NCBI GenBank assembly: GCA_017432425.1
Contig: JAFRJE010000010.1
Coordinates: 11,065 to 75,064 of the forward strand
DNA length: 64,000 nucleotides
Reading direction: 5' to 3'
Source of the DNA: Candidatus Saccharimonadota bacterium
GTDB lineage: Bacteria > Patescibacteriota > Saccharimonadia > Saccharimonadales > Saccharimonadaceae
The first letter of the stretch is position 1; each line of letters starts with the position of its first letter. The notes beneath the pieces are model-generated. The model did no database searches and was not told the DNA's origin. It saw only the letters and a program-made list of their open reading frames with translations. Below are positions 38,806-46,829 of the stretch, in pieces. The position numbers were made by a program, and so were the translations under genes.

Positions 38806-39478
38806 CAAAAATCATTTTTCCCGAACTAGTCTGTAAGAATCGGACAAAGTAAACTTCAAGTTCTTGTCCGATTTTTTTCGCTGCGTTGTCGACAACAACC
38901 ATCGTCCCGTCTTTAAGATACCCAATTCCTTGCTTTGGATTGCTACCTTTTGTTGTAATTTTTACAACAAACTTCTCGCCCGGCAAAAATTCGTTTCTAA
39001 GAACTAAAGCAAGGTCATTAATGTTTAAAGTTTCGATTTTTTCCGTCGCCGCCACTTTTGAAAGGTTAAAATCGCAAGTCAAAATAATTCCATTATTTTC
39101 TTTTGCGAGCGAAAGCAGTCGTTCATCAACCGGCGTTCGGTCGAGCGCATCCTGTAAAATCTCTGTATTAAAATAAACAACTCGCTCTAGTTCGTTCGCG
39201 ACATCCATTCCAAATCTTGCGCGCGTTCGTTTTTCTGAGTCTTTTCCGTCTGCGAGCAACTGGAGTTCGCGAATTACGCTTCGCGGAATAATCAAATCAT
39301 CAGACAAAAAACCAGTTTTCGCGACTTCTAAAATTCTTCCGTCCATTAAACTTGACGTATCAACATAAATTTTTCTCTTCCCGCGAGTTTTTGGCGTTCG
39401 TTTTTTAAGTGCGTTGACCGTTAAAAAACTAGTCTCGCTAAGGATTAAAAGGGAAGCAATAAAACATAATAATTCCAT
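38702..39478 (-). CDS. PIN + TRAM domain protein (YacL-like)
   Basis: N-terminal TM helix, PIN motif IYVDTSSLMDGRI, TRAM-like GQELEVYFVRFLQTSSGKMIFA. The 3' end overlaps the PBP gene by 104 nt. Confidence 0.75.
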   Translation of the reverse strand: MELLCFIASLLILSETSFLTVNALKKRTPKTRGKRKIYVDTSSLMDGRILEVAKTGFLSDDLIIPRSVIRELQLLADGKDSEKRTRARFGMDVANELERVVYFNTEILQDALDRTPVDERLLSLAKENNGIILTCDFNLSKVAATEKIETLNINDLALVLRNEFLPGEKFVVKITTKGSNPKQGIGYLKDGTMVVVDNAAKKIGQELEVYFVRFLQTSSGKMIFANQRSSRKNSSPKAFSSGRELRSQSPSRQARQKR

Positions 39479-39552
39479 AAGAATTATTATAACATATTTT
39501 CTAGAAATATAAAATTATTCTAAAAAACTAAAAAATTATATATAATATACTT

Positions 39553-40491
39553 ATGTTTAGTGAAATTTCTCGTCGTGTTCGCGCTGCCGATTATTTAACC
39601 GTCGCTGAACTGTTTTTAAAGGATAATTTCCTCTTAAAGACCCCGCTTTCTTTTTCCGATGTGAAACCTCGTCTTCTTGGTCATTGGGGAACGTGCCACG
39701 GAATTAACCTCGCCTACGCGAATTTGCGCGCCGTCTATAAATTTCGCGATTTCCAGTTTATTCTCGGTCCTGGACATGGTTTCCCCGCTCTAAACGCGAA
39801 TCTCTTTCTCGACGGCGAACTCGAAAAAGTCGATAAAAACGCGACCCGTAATCTCTCCGGAATCGAATATCTTTGTAAAAATTTCTCTTGGCCCTCTGGC
39901 TTCCCGTCCCACGCTTCTCCTTTGACTCCGGGCGTCGTCGTCGAGGGCGGCGAACTCGGCTACGCTCTCGGCGCCGCCTACGGGGCTTCCCTTGGTCGCC
40001 CCGAAAGAACCGTCGCGGTTCTTCTCGGCGACGGCGAACTCGAAACCGCCTCGACCCTCGCGTCAATGAACTTAAATAAACTAATTAGCGGCGAAAAAAA
40101 CGGCAAAGTCCTCCCGATTCTCGCCTTAAACGGCTATAAAATCTCCGGCCCGACCGTCTACGGTCGAAAGTCCGAAAGGGAAATGAACGAGCTCCTTCGC
40201 GGCTTCGGTTTTACGCCTCTCGTTTTCGACGGCGAAAATCCCGAACGTTTCCAATATATCCTCGAAAAAGCCGAATCGCTCGAAAAGCCGTTTCTTGTAA
40301 TGAAAGTCGAAAAAGGTTTCGGTTGCCCTGCGGAGCTGAACGGCAATAAACTCTCTGGGAACTACCTAGCCCATCAAATCCCCCTCCCCCTCGCAAAGTC
40401 CGACGAAACCCAACTTAAACTTCTCGAAGCCTGGCTGAAAAGTTATAATTTCGACGAACTTTATTCGGACGGGAAAGGATTTGATTTATGA
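39553..40491 (+). CDS. xfp: Phosphoketolase, N-terminal piece
   Basis: LLGHWGTCHGIN, EGGELGYALGAAYGA, GDGELET and PILALNGYKISGPT are collinear with the N-terminal third of Xfp. TGA overlaps the next ATG (ATGA). Confidence 0.85.
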   Translation: MFSEISRRVRAADYLTVAELFLKDNFLLKTPLSFSDVKPRLLGHWGTCHGINLAYANLRAVYKFRDFQFILGPGHGFPALNANLFLDGELEKVDKNATRNLSGIEYLCKNFSWPSGFPSHASPLTPGVVVEGGELGYALGAAYGASLGRPERTVAVLLGDGELETASTLASMNLNKLISGEKNGKVLPILALNGYKISGPTVYGRKSEREMNELLRGFGFTPLVFDGENPERFQYILEKAESLEKPFLVMKVEKGFGCPAELNGNKLSGNYLAHQIPLPLAKSDETQLKLLEAWLKSYNFDELYSDGKGFDL

Positions 40492-41684
40492 TTGAACGCG
40501 TTGAAAACCCCGGTAAAGAAACCATAAACATCGCTCGAAAATTCGGCGAACTCCTCTCCGACCGCTTTAAAAAAGACCCGAATTTCTATCTTTTCTCTCC
40601 CGACGAAACGACCTCAAATCGCCTCGACGCCGTTTATGAAGTCGAATCGCGCGCTTGGGCGCTCCCGACCGAAGATTGGGATCTCCCCGAGTCGAAAGAC
40701 GGTCGAATTATCGAACTCCTTTCTGAAAACGCCCTCTTCGCAACTATGGTCGGCGCGCTCGGAAATGGTAATCGCGCAATGATGACGAGCTACGAATCCT
40801 TTTTCTCAGTCATAACTTCCCAGCTTCTCCAACAGCTCAAATTCTACGTCCAGCTCGACGCTGTCCCTTGGCGAAAACCCCTCCCCGCGGTTAATCTCCT
40901 CTCGACTTCCACCTGCTGGCGCCAGGATCATAACGGCTTTTCTCATCAATCCCCCGCCTTGATTTCAACTCTCCTCTCTGTCCCCTCGAAAAAAGCAAAT
41001 TGTTTCTTCCCAATCGACGACGTTTCGGCGGAGGAGACCTTTAACCGAATGCTTGCCTCCGAAAACGTTGTAAATTTAACAACGTTCGATAAAAACGACC
41101 TCCCTCGCTGGATTGATTCAAACCACGCTCGCTTCCAGTTCGATAATGGCGGCGCCTCGATTTTTAGCTTTGCTTCCGACGAAAATCCGGAGATTGTCCT
41201 AACTGCCGCTGGCGACCTCGCGACTCGCGAAATGCTTGCCGCTCGCGAACTAATTAAACGCGACTTCCCGAATCTCCGCCTCCGTTTTGTCGGAATAAAC
41301 GCTCTCTCTTACGGAAAAATTGGAACTGTCGATAAACCCCTGTTTAAAGAAACTTTTGACGCCTATTTCCCGGTACATTGTCCAATCATCGCCAGCTTCC
41401 ACGGTTATCCCGACGCTTTGCGAAATATTCTCCTAAACTACCTCCTCCCCGCCTCCGCCGCTGAACCCCGCCTAGAAAAACTCTCCGTCCACGGTTTCGA
41501 GGAAGTTGGTTCAACCACAACCCCGTTCGAGATGTTGAGTTTGAATCATAATTCTCGCTTCGACCTCGCCGCTGATATTGCGCGAACCGCAAACCGCCCT
41601 GACCTCGCCGAGAAATATCTGAACAAAATCGCCGAAAATCGCGATTACGCCCGCCTCTTTGGTAAAGATAAAATTGTGTTATAA
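40488..41684 (+). CDS. xfp: Phosphoketolase, middle and C-terminal piece
   Basis: FSPDETTSNRL, SYESFF, LLSTSTCWRQDHNGFSHQSP and HGFEEVGSTTTPFEM are collinear with the remainder of Xfp. Confidence 0.85.
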   Translation: MIERVENPGKETINIARKFGELLSDRFKKDPNFYLFSPDETTSNRLDAVYEVESRAWALPTEDWDLPESKDGRIIELLSENALFATMVGALGNGNRAMMTSYESFFSVITSQLLQQLKFYVQLDAVPWRKPLPAVNLLSTSTCWRQDHNGFSHQSPALISTLLSVPSKKANCFFPIDDVSAEETFNRMLASENVVNLTTFDKNDLPRWIDSNHARFQFDNGGASIFSFASDENPEIVLTAAGDLATREMLAARELIKRDFPNLRLRFVGINALSYGKIGTVDKPLFKETFDAYFPVHCPIIASFHGYPDALRNILLNYLLPASAAEPRLEKLSVHGFEEVGSTTTPFEMLSLNHNSRFDLAADIARTANRPDLAEKYLNKIAENRDYARLFGKDKIVL

Positions 41685-41691
41685 TTAGTTC

Positions 41692-42957
41692 ATGAAACTA
41701 TCCGAAGAACTAATTTGGCGCGGTTTTTGCGCAGAAAATACTTTAGAAACCCCTGAAGAACTCGATAATCGCGAGTCTAAAAAGTTCTATTTTGGCGCCG
41801 ACCCCTCTGCTGACTCTTTGACGATTGGGAATCTCGCCGCGATGATGATGTGTGCCTGCTTCGTTCGCCATGGCTACGAGCCAACTCTCCTTGTTGGTGG
41901 CGCAACTGGTCAAATCGGCGATCCGAAAGAAACCGGCGAGCGTGATTTGAAGCCTCTTGAAGAAGTCGAATTTAATAAAAATTGTATTAAAAACCAAATG
42001 TCCCGCGTTATAAAATCCGATTCTCTCGAAATGGTTGATAATCTTGATTGGTTTAAAAATATAAACTACCTTTCTTTCCTCCGCGAAATCGGAAAAACTT
42101 TCTCTATGACCCAACTTCTCGACCGCCAATTTATTCAAGCTCGCATTGGCGTCGGCGGCTCCGGAATTTCCTACGCCGAGTTTTCTTATACTTTGATTCA
42201 GGGCTATGATTTTCTCCATCTTTTCCGCGAAAAGGGAATCTCGCTCCAACTTTGCGGCGCCGACCAATTTGGCAACGCCTCGACCGGTATCCATCTGATT
42301 AAGCGTCTCGAAAACGTCCGCGCCGACGTCTGGTCAACGCCTCTGATAATTGACCCCGTTTCCGGTCGTAAGTTCGGAAAATCCGAAGGCAACGCCGTTT
42401 GGCTCGCCTCTAAACCAGCGACTAAACCTAACGGCGAAAAATCCGAAAACTTTACTTCTATCTTTGATTTTTACCAGTTCTGGCTCAACCAACCCGACGA
42501 ATCCGTCGAATATTTAATTAAAATTTATACCGTCCTCGACCGCCCCGAAATCGAAAATATCCTCGCGGAACATAAATCCTCGCCCGAACTCCGTCTTGCC
42601 CAGAAAGCCCTCGCAAAAGGCGCGACTGAGGTTGTCCATGGCGCTTCTGCTGCCTCCGCCGCCGAGTTTGCGACGAATCTCCTTTTCTCAAAAGACAAGA
42701 CAGCTCTAAAATCCCTAACCTCCGCCGATTTTGAAAAACTCTCTTCTGTTCTTGGCGAAGTCAGCCTCGCCGAGAATCCCGACCTCCTCTCTGCCCTCGT
42801 CGCCTCAAAACTCGCTTCCTCGAAGTCCGAAGCCCGAAAATTAGTAAAATCCGGCGCTATCTCCGTCAATGGCGAAAAAATCTCCGACGAAACCCTCGTC
42901 TTGAAAGAACCTTCTCTCTTAAAACGTGGCAAAAACAAATTCGTAATTGTTGAATAA
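41692..42957 (+). CDS. tyrS: Tyrosyl-tRNA synthetase with divergent HIGH motif
   Basis: FGADPSADSL-TIGN-L, LVGGATGQIGDP, KFGKSEG (KMSKS) and a C-terminal S4 domain. TIGN replaces the usual HLGH. Confidence 0.85.
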   Translation: MKLSEELIWRGFCAENTLETPEELDNRESKKFYFGADPSADSLTIGNLAAMMMCACFVRHGYEPTLLVGGATGQIGDPKETGERDLKPLEEVEFNKNCIKNQMSRVIKSDSLEMVDNLDWFKNINYLSFLREIGKTFSMTQLLDRQFIQARIGVGGSGISYAEFSYTLIQGYDFLHLFREKGISLQLCGADQFGNASTGIHLIKRLENVRADVWSTPLIIDPVSGRKFGKSEGNAVWLASKPATKPNGEKSENFTSIFDFYQFWLNQPDESVEYLIKIYTVLDRPEIENILAEHKSSPELRLAQKALAKGATEVVHGASAASAAEFATNLLFSKDKTALKSLTSADFEKLSSVLGEVSLAENPDLLSALVASKLASSKSEARKLVKSGAISVNGEKISDETLVLKEPSLLKRGKNKFVIVE

Positions 42958-42991
42958 TCTGCTATAATATTTTTATAATCTAGGAGGTAAT

Positions 42992-43771
42992 ATGAAAAAA
43001 GTTCTCAGTTTCGACGTCGATCAGACGCTCAATATCGCCAAAACCCCAATTCCGGACGAAATCGCCGATTTGCTGATTAGATGTCTAAAAAACAACCTCC
43101 AAATCTGCCCGATTTCCGGCCAAAAATTCGACCAATTCCTCGTCCAAATCGTTGATCCGCTAAAAAATCGCGGCGTTTCTCCCTCTGAACTAAAAAATCT
43201 CCATCTTTTCGTTGCTCAGGGAACTCAATACTACCGCTATAATCCCGACCAAGAAGATTGGACAAAAATCTATGATTATCCTCTAAAAGAAGAGGAAGTT
43301 AAAAAAATAACCGAAGCTCTTGAAACCGCTGCGAAAGAACTTGGTTTTTGGGAAGCAGATAAACTGAAAGACGGCGACGAAATCATTGAAAACCGCCTTT
43401 CCCAGGTTACCTTCTCCGCTCTCGGTCAAAAAGCTGGAACAAAAGAAAAATACGCTTGGGATCCCGATTGTAAAAAACGCGAGAAAATCGTCGAAAAAGC
43501 GAAAGCTCTTGCCCCCGAATTTGATTATGAAATCGGCGGGACAACTTCGATTAACGCGATTAAACCTGGCATGAACAAAAAATTCGGTATGGAAAATTTG
43601 CTCAAACAACTTTCTGTCGAAAAATCCGACGTCCTCTATTTTGGTGACATGACTCAGCCCGGCGGAAATGATTATCCCGTTGTTAAGATGGGGATCGATA
43701 CAATTACCGTCCGCTCCCACGAAGATACCGCTTTCGCCCTGCGCGGAATTCTCGGTTTTCTTTCAAAATAA
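42992..43771 (+). CDS. HAD-IIB family phosphatase/phosphomannomutase-like hydrolase
   Basis: FDVDQTL (DxD), ISGQ, and K...YFGDMTQPGGNDY motifs. AGGAGG SD upstream. Confidence 0.7.
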   Translation: MKKVLSFDVDQTLNIAKTPIPDEIADLLIRCLKNNLQICPISGQKFDQFLVQIVDPLKNRGVSPSELKNLHLFVAQGTQYYRYNPDQEDWTKIYDYPLKEEEVKKITEALETAAKELGFWEADKLKDGDEIIENRLSQVTFSALGQKAGTKEKYAWDPDCKKREKIVEKAKALAPEFDYEIGGTTSINAIKPGMNKKFGMENLLKQLSVEKSDVLYFGDMTQPGGNDYPVVKMGIDTITVRSHEDTAFALRGILGFLSK

Positions 43772-43796
43772 AAATCCTTATGCTATAATCATTATT

Positions 43797-44576
43797 ATGA
43801 AAACTTATATTGTCGGTAACTGGAAAATGAACTTTTCCGTTGGCGAATCTTCTCTCTATCTTCATAAACTTCTTCTAAAAATTCGCGCTGCTCGCGGTCT
43901 CGAAGTTGTCGTTGCTCCCTCTCTTGTCTCTCTCCAAAGTCTTTCGCTCCAGACCGATCGCCGAAAGATTAAACTCGCCGCCCAAAACTTCTTTTACCGC
44001 GATTTTGGCGCCTATACTGGCGAAGTTTCCGTCTCCCAACTCCGCTCGCTTGTCGACTACGCAATCGTCGGACATAGCGAACGTCGTTATATCTTTAAAG
44101 AGACCGATAAAGACGTTAGAAACAAAGTCGCCGCCGCCCTCCGAAACGGTATAACTCCGATTCTTTGCGTTGGTGAAACCGAGTCCGAACGAACTTTTGG
44201 CGAAACTGCCGACGTAATTCGCGATATGGTGCTTGGCGGACTTTCCGAAGTTTCCGCCGAAGATGTAAAAAAAGTTATTCTCGCCTACGAACCAGTCTGG
44301 GCAATTTCTGGCTCTGGACGCAATGTAAAGCCCGCCTCTCCTCTCGACGTAAAGGACGTCTTTTCGCTTATTCGCGAAACTTTGAAAGAAACTTATGGCA
44401 AAGAAACCGCCGAAGAAACTCCGCTTCTGTTTGGCGGCTCAGTTTCCCCCGATAATGCCGGCGGCTATCTTAGTTTGTCCGACTGTAACGGTTTACTGAT
44501 TGGTGGTGCGAGTTTGATTGCGCCGAAGTTTATTGATATAATTGAAGAAGCAAAAAGGCTAAAATCCGAGAAATGA
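43797..44576 (+). CDS. tpiA: Triosephosphate isomerase
   Basis: GNWKMN, VGHSERR and AYEPVWAI catalytic motifs. ATG 43797 lies 7 nt after TGCTATAAT. Confidence 0.92.
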   Translation: MKTYIVGNWKMNFSVGESSLYLHKLLLKIRAARGLEVVVAPSLVSLQSLSLQTDRRKIKLAAQNFFYRDFGAYTGEVSVSQLRSLVDYAIVGHSERRYIFKETDKDVRNKVAAALRNGITPILCVGETESERTFGETADVIRDMVLGGLSEVSAEDVKKVILAYEPVWAISGSGRNVKPASPLDVKDVFSLIRETLKETYGKETAEETPLLFGGSVSPDNAGGYLSLSDCNGLLIGGASLIAPKFIDIIEEAKRLKSEK

Positions 44577-45127
44577 CCGAAAAAGTAAAACGATACATGG
44601 ATTTTATGGGCCCCTCGACCCGTACCGTAAAAAAATCCTCAAGCGATCCGCTCGCGGCTCGCCCTGTCGTTCGTTCTGCCTCTAAAACTCCCTCCTCGAA
44701 AAAGCCCGTCGCCGAGAAACCCGCCCCAATAAAAAAGCCTGCTCAAAAACCCCTTAAAACCGCCTCCCCTGCGAAAGATTCTGACGCTCTCGCCCTAAAA
44801 GCCGCTGCTGCTCTCTCTGGGACGAACTTAAAATCCTCTGCCCCCTCGAAATATACCTTAAACGGAAAATCCCCTTTTCTGTCTTCTTATAATATTGAGA
44901 AACGTCCCCTTTCTGACTCCATAAAAGAGAAAAAAGTCGAAGAAATTACGAAGAAAAACGTCTACAAAAAAGAAGAAAAGCCCGTAAAAAAGTCTAAAAA
45001 AGAGCCGGTCGTCGTTATTGACCAACCGAAAAAATCTTCCGGTTTAAGCCTCGTTATTATTATTCTAATTACTATTCTTCTTGGGGCCGCCGTCGGCGCC
45101 GGTGCCTATTTCCTCCTCCCGAAATAA
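44573..45127 (+). CDS. Hypothetical Lys/Pro/Ser-rich protein with C-terminal TM helix
   Basis: The ATGA overlap with tpiA suggests translational coupling. Low-complexity basic region, then LSLVIIILITILLGAAVGAGAYFLL. Confidence 0.6.
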   Translation: MTEKVKRYMDFMGPSTRTVKKSSSDPLAARPVVRSASKTPSSKKPVAEKPAPIKKPAQKPLKTASPAKDSDALALKAAAALSGTNLKSSAPSKYTLNGKSPFLSSYNIEKRPLSDSIKEKKVEEITKKNVYKKEEKPVKKSKKEPVVVIDQPKKSSGLSLVIIILITILLGAAVGAGAYFLLPK

Positions 45128-45165
45128 AAAATACCCCCTAAAAGGGGTAGAATATTATATTGACC

Positions 45166-45243
45166 TGGGGTGGGATATCGGGATCGAACCGACGACCTTC
45201 TGGACCACAATCAGACGCTCTAACCATCTGAGCTAATCCCACC
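45166..45243 (-). tRNA. tRNA-His (anticodon GUG), with G-1 and CCA encoded
   Basis: The reverse complement is G-GTGGGAT acceptor, AGCTCAGATGGTTAGAGC D-arm, loop TTGTGGT, GGTTCGATCC T-arm, ATCCCAC-C-CCA. Closely collinear with E. coli tRNA-His. Confidence 0.9.
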
Positions 45244-45290
45244 ATAGTCCACCTAATTATACTATAAAACCCCCAGAAAAGAAACCCTAA

Positions 45291-45319
45291 TTGACTATTT
45301 TCCTAATAAGTTATATAAT
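45291..45319 (+). promoter_or_regulatory. Sigma70-type promoter (TTGACT-17-TATAAT)
   Basis: TTGACT at 45291-45296 and TATAAT at 45314-45319, followed by AGGAGG at 45365-45370 and TTG start 45380. Confidence 0.55.
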
Positions 45320-45379
45320 ATAAATATACAACTTCTCTCTTGAAGAAGCGTAAATTAAAATCCTAGGAGGTGAATTTTC

Positions 45380-46162
45380 TTGTCTGAAGAAAATAATCGT
45401 GAGAATCCCCCAGTTGAAGAAGATGTCCAGGAAAACTCCGAAGAAGAAACTTCTCCCGACCCCCCGACTCCCGAAGACGCCCCCGACGACGATGATGATA
45501 GTGATGAGTATGATGAGTATGATGATATTTTCGACGTCGAAGATGACGAAGACGATGATGACGATGATGGCGAATTTGAATATGAAGATCCGCCCCCGCG
45601 CCGGCGTCGCAAGCGTCGCAACTCTCGCAGGTACAGCCGTCGTCGCCGTTCTCCTTTCAGCTTCGCGCTAGCTATCTGTCTCATCGTCCTGTTTGCCCTC
45701 ATCATCTTTCTGGTCGTTTTGCTTTCGACCAGAGGTAATTCGTCAACTACTCCCCAACCCGCTCTCCAGACCCCGACGCCTGTTCCTGCTTCTACCGCTT
45801 CAATCGTTTATGTAACGCCCGTTCCGACGTCGGGGGCAGTTCATGCGACCGCTGCCCCGACTACCCAAGTCATCTACGTTACTCAGGCTCCAGTCATAAC
45901 ATCGGTTCCGACAGCGACCCCTGTTCCGACTGCAACCCCGACCCCAACTAGAAGTCCCGAGCTGACCCCGCCGCCTCGTTCGACGGCTACGCCGCCCGTC
46001 TGGACTTCTCCCCCAGTTTCAACCCCAACGCCAGTCATAACCCCGACTCCAGAACCATACGCCAGCCCAGTCCCGGAGATTATCCCCGAAGTTACGCTTC
46101 GCCCCGAACTAGCCGGCGACGGAGATAATTCGACCCACTTCAACTTTTCCGATGACGATTAA
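45380..46162 (+). CDS. Hypothetical charge-patterned single-pass membrane protein (hyperacidic and polybasic N-region, TM, Pro-Thr-rich ectodomain, C-terminal HFNFSDDD)
   Basis: TTG start 9 nt after AGGAGG. DDDDDSDEYDEYDDIFDVEDDEDDDDDD, then RRRRKRRNSRRYSRRRR, a TM helix, PTATPVPTATPTPT and TPPPRS. G+C-rich relative to neighbours. Confidence 0.75.
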   Translation: MSEENNRENPPVEEDVQENSEEETSPDPPTPEDAPDDDDDSDEYDEYDDIFDVEDDEDDDDDDGEFEYEDPPPRRRRKRRNSRRYSRRRRSPFSFALAICLIVLFALIIFLVVLLSTRGNSSTTPQPALQTPTPVPASTASIVYVTPVPTSGAVHATAAPTTQVIYVTQAPVITSVPTATPVPTATPTPTRSPELTPPPRSTATPPVWTSPPVSTPTPVITPTPEPYASPVPEIIPEVTLRPELAGDGDNSTHFNFSDDD

Positions 46163-46173
46163 CCTCCTCCCCG

Positions 46174-46199
46174 CCCCGCTTAATGAAGCGGGGCTTTTT
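46174..46199 (+). terminator. Intrinsic terminator
   Basis: CCCCGCT-TAATGA-AGCGGGG followed by CTTTTT. Confidence 0.75.
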
Positions 46200-46265
46200 C
46201 TATCAAATTCCCTAAAATCTCTTCTTGTAGCTAGGAAAATGTGTTATAATGAACTAAATCTATCC

Positions 46266-46342
<77 letters not shown>

Positions 46343-46453
46343 ATGTTAATAATTGGTTAAGCATATCTCAACTACCCCTGTAAAAAGGGGCTTTTTTGTT
46401 AGTTTTCCGTAAAATGGCATAAGCGGATTTGAACCCTCAAAATTGCTTCTGCT

Positions 46454-46702
46454 TGGTGCAAAAAAGAGAAAATTCTTGTTACCGTGTAACATGGTTATTT
46501 TTCGCTATACTCGTTCATGAACATATCTATCGAATATCACGTATTTTAGGCTTGCCTGGTGCAGGTCTGGTGCAGTTTTGCGCTTGCCTGGTGCAGTTTT
46601 GCGCTTGCCTGGTGCAGTTTTGCGCTTGCCTGGTGCAAAATTATGTTGTATTTGGGCAATCCTGGTGCGTACTTGGTGCAGTTCTGGTGCACAATTGGTG
46701 CA
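46454..46702. repeat. Array of ten TGGTGC(A/G) sites spaced in multiples of about one helical turn, including 3.5 tandem 21-bp units
   Basis: Sites start at 46454, 46557, 46568, 46589, 46610, 46631, 46663, 46674, 46685 and 46696. The unit GCTTGCCTGGTGCAGTTTTGC is repeated in tandem. Confidence 0.9.
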
Positions 46703-46705
46703 ACA

Positions 46706-46788
46706 CCAAAGTGCCAAGTTTTTCCCAGCCGAACTGCCAAGTATTCTTTCTCCAAAGTGCCAAGTTTTTCCCAGCCGAACTGCCAAGT
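46706..46788. repeat. Two identical 37-bp direct repeats carrying four TGCCAAGT sites at 23-bp spacing
   Basis: CCAAAGTGCCAAGTTTTTCCCAGCCGAACTGCCAAGT at 46706-46742 and 46752-46788. TGCCAAGT at 46712, 46735, 46758 and 46781. Confidence 0.9.
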
Positions 46789-46829
46789 TCGAGCTTGCTT
46801 TTATAAAACTTGTGATATAATCAGGATAT

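Noticed and set aside
45132-45149. TACCCC-CTAAAA-GGGGTA hairpin after gene 44573-45127, considered as an intrinsic terminator.
   Set aside because: The stem is short and there is no T-run on either side. It may still have some function, but the evidence is too weak to annotate.
46557-46640. Possible CRISPR array, given the regular 21-bp periodicity.
   Set aside because: The units are directly tandem with no unique spacers, are far shorter than CRISPR repeats, and no cas genes are present in the window.
46429-46806. 125-aa ORF (and overlapping ORFs on both strands) spanning the TGGTGCA and TGCCAAGT repeats.
   Set aside because: The translation is just the repeats read through (LVQFCACLVQFCACLVQFCAC). 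There are no start signals, and the region is better explained as non-coding binding-site arrays.
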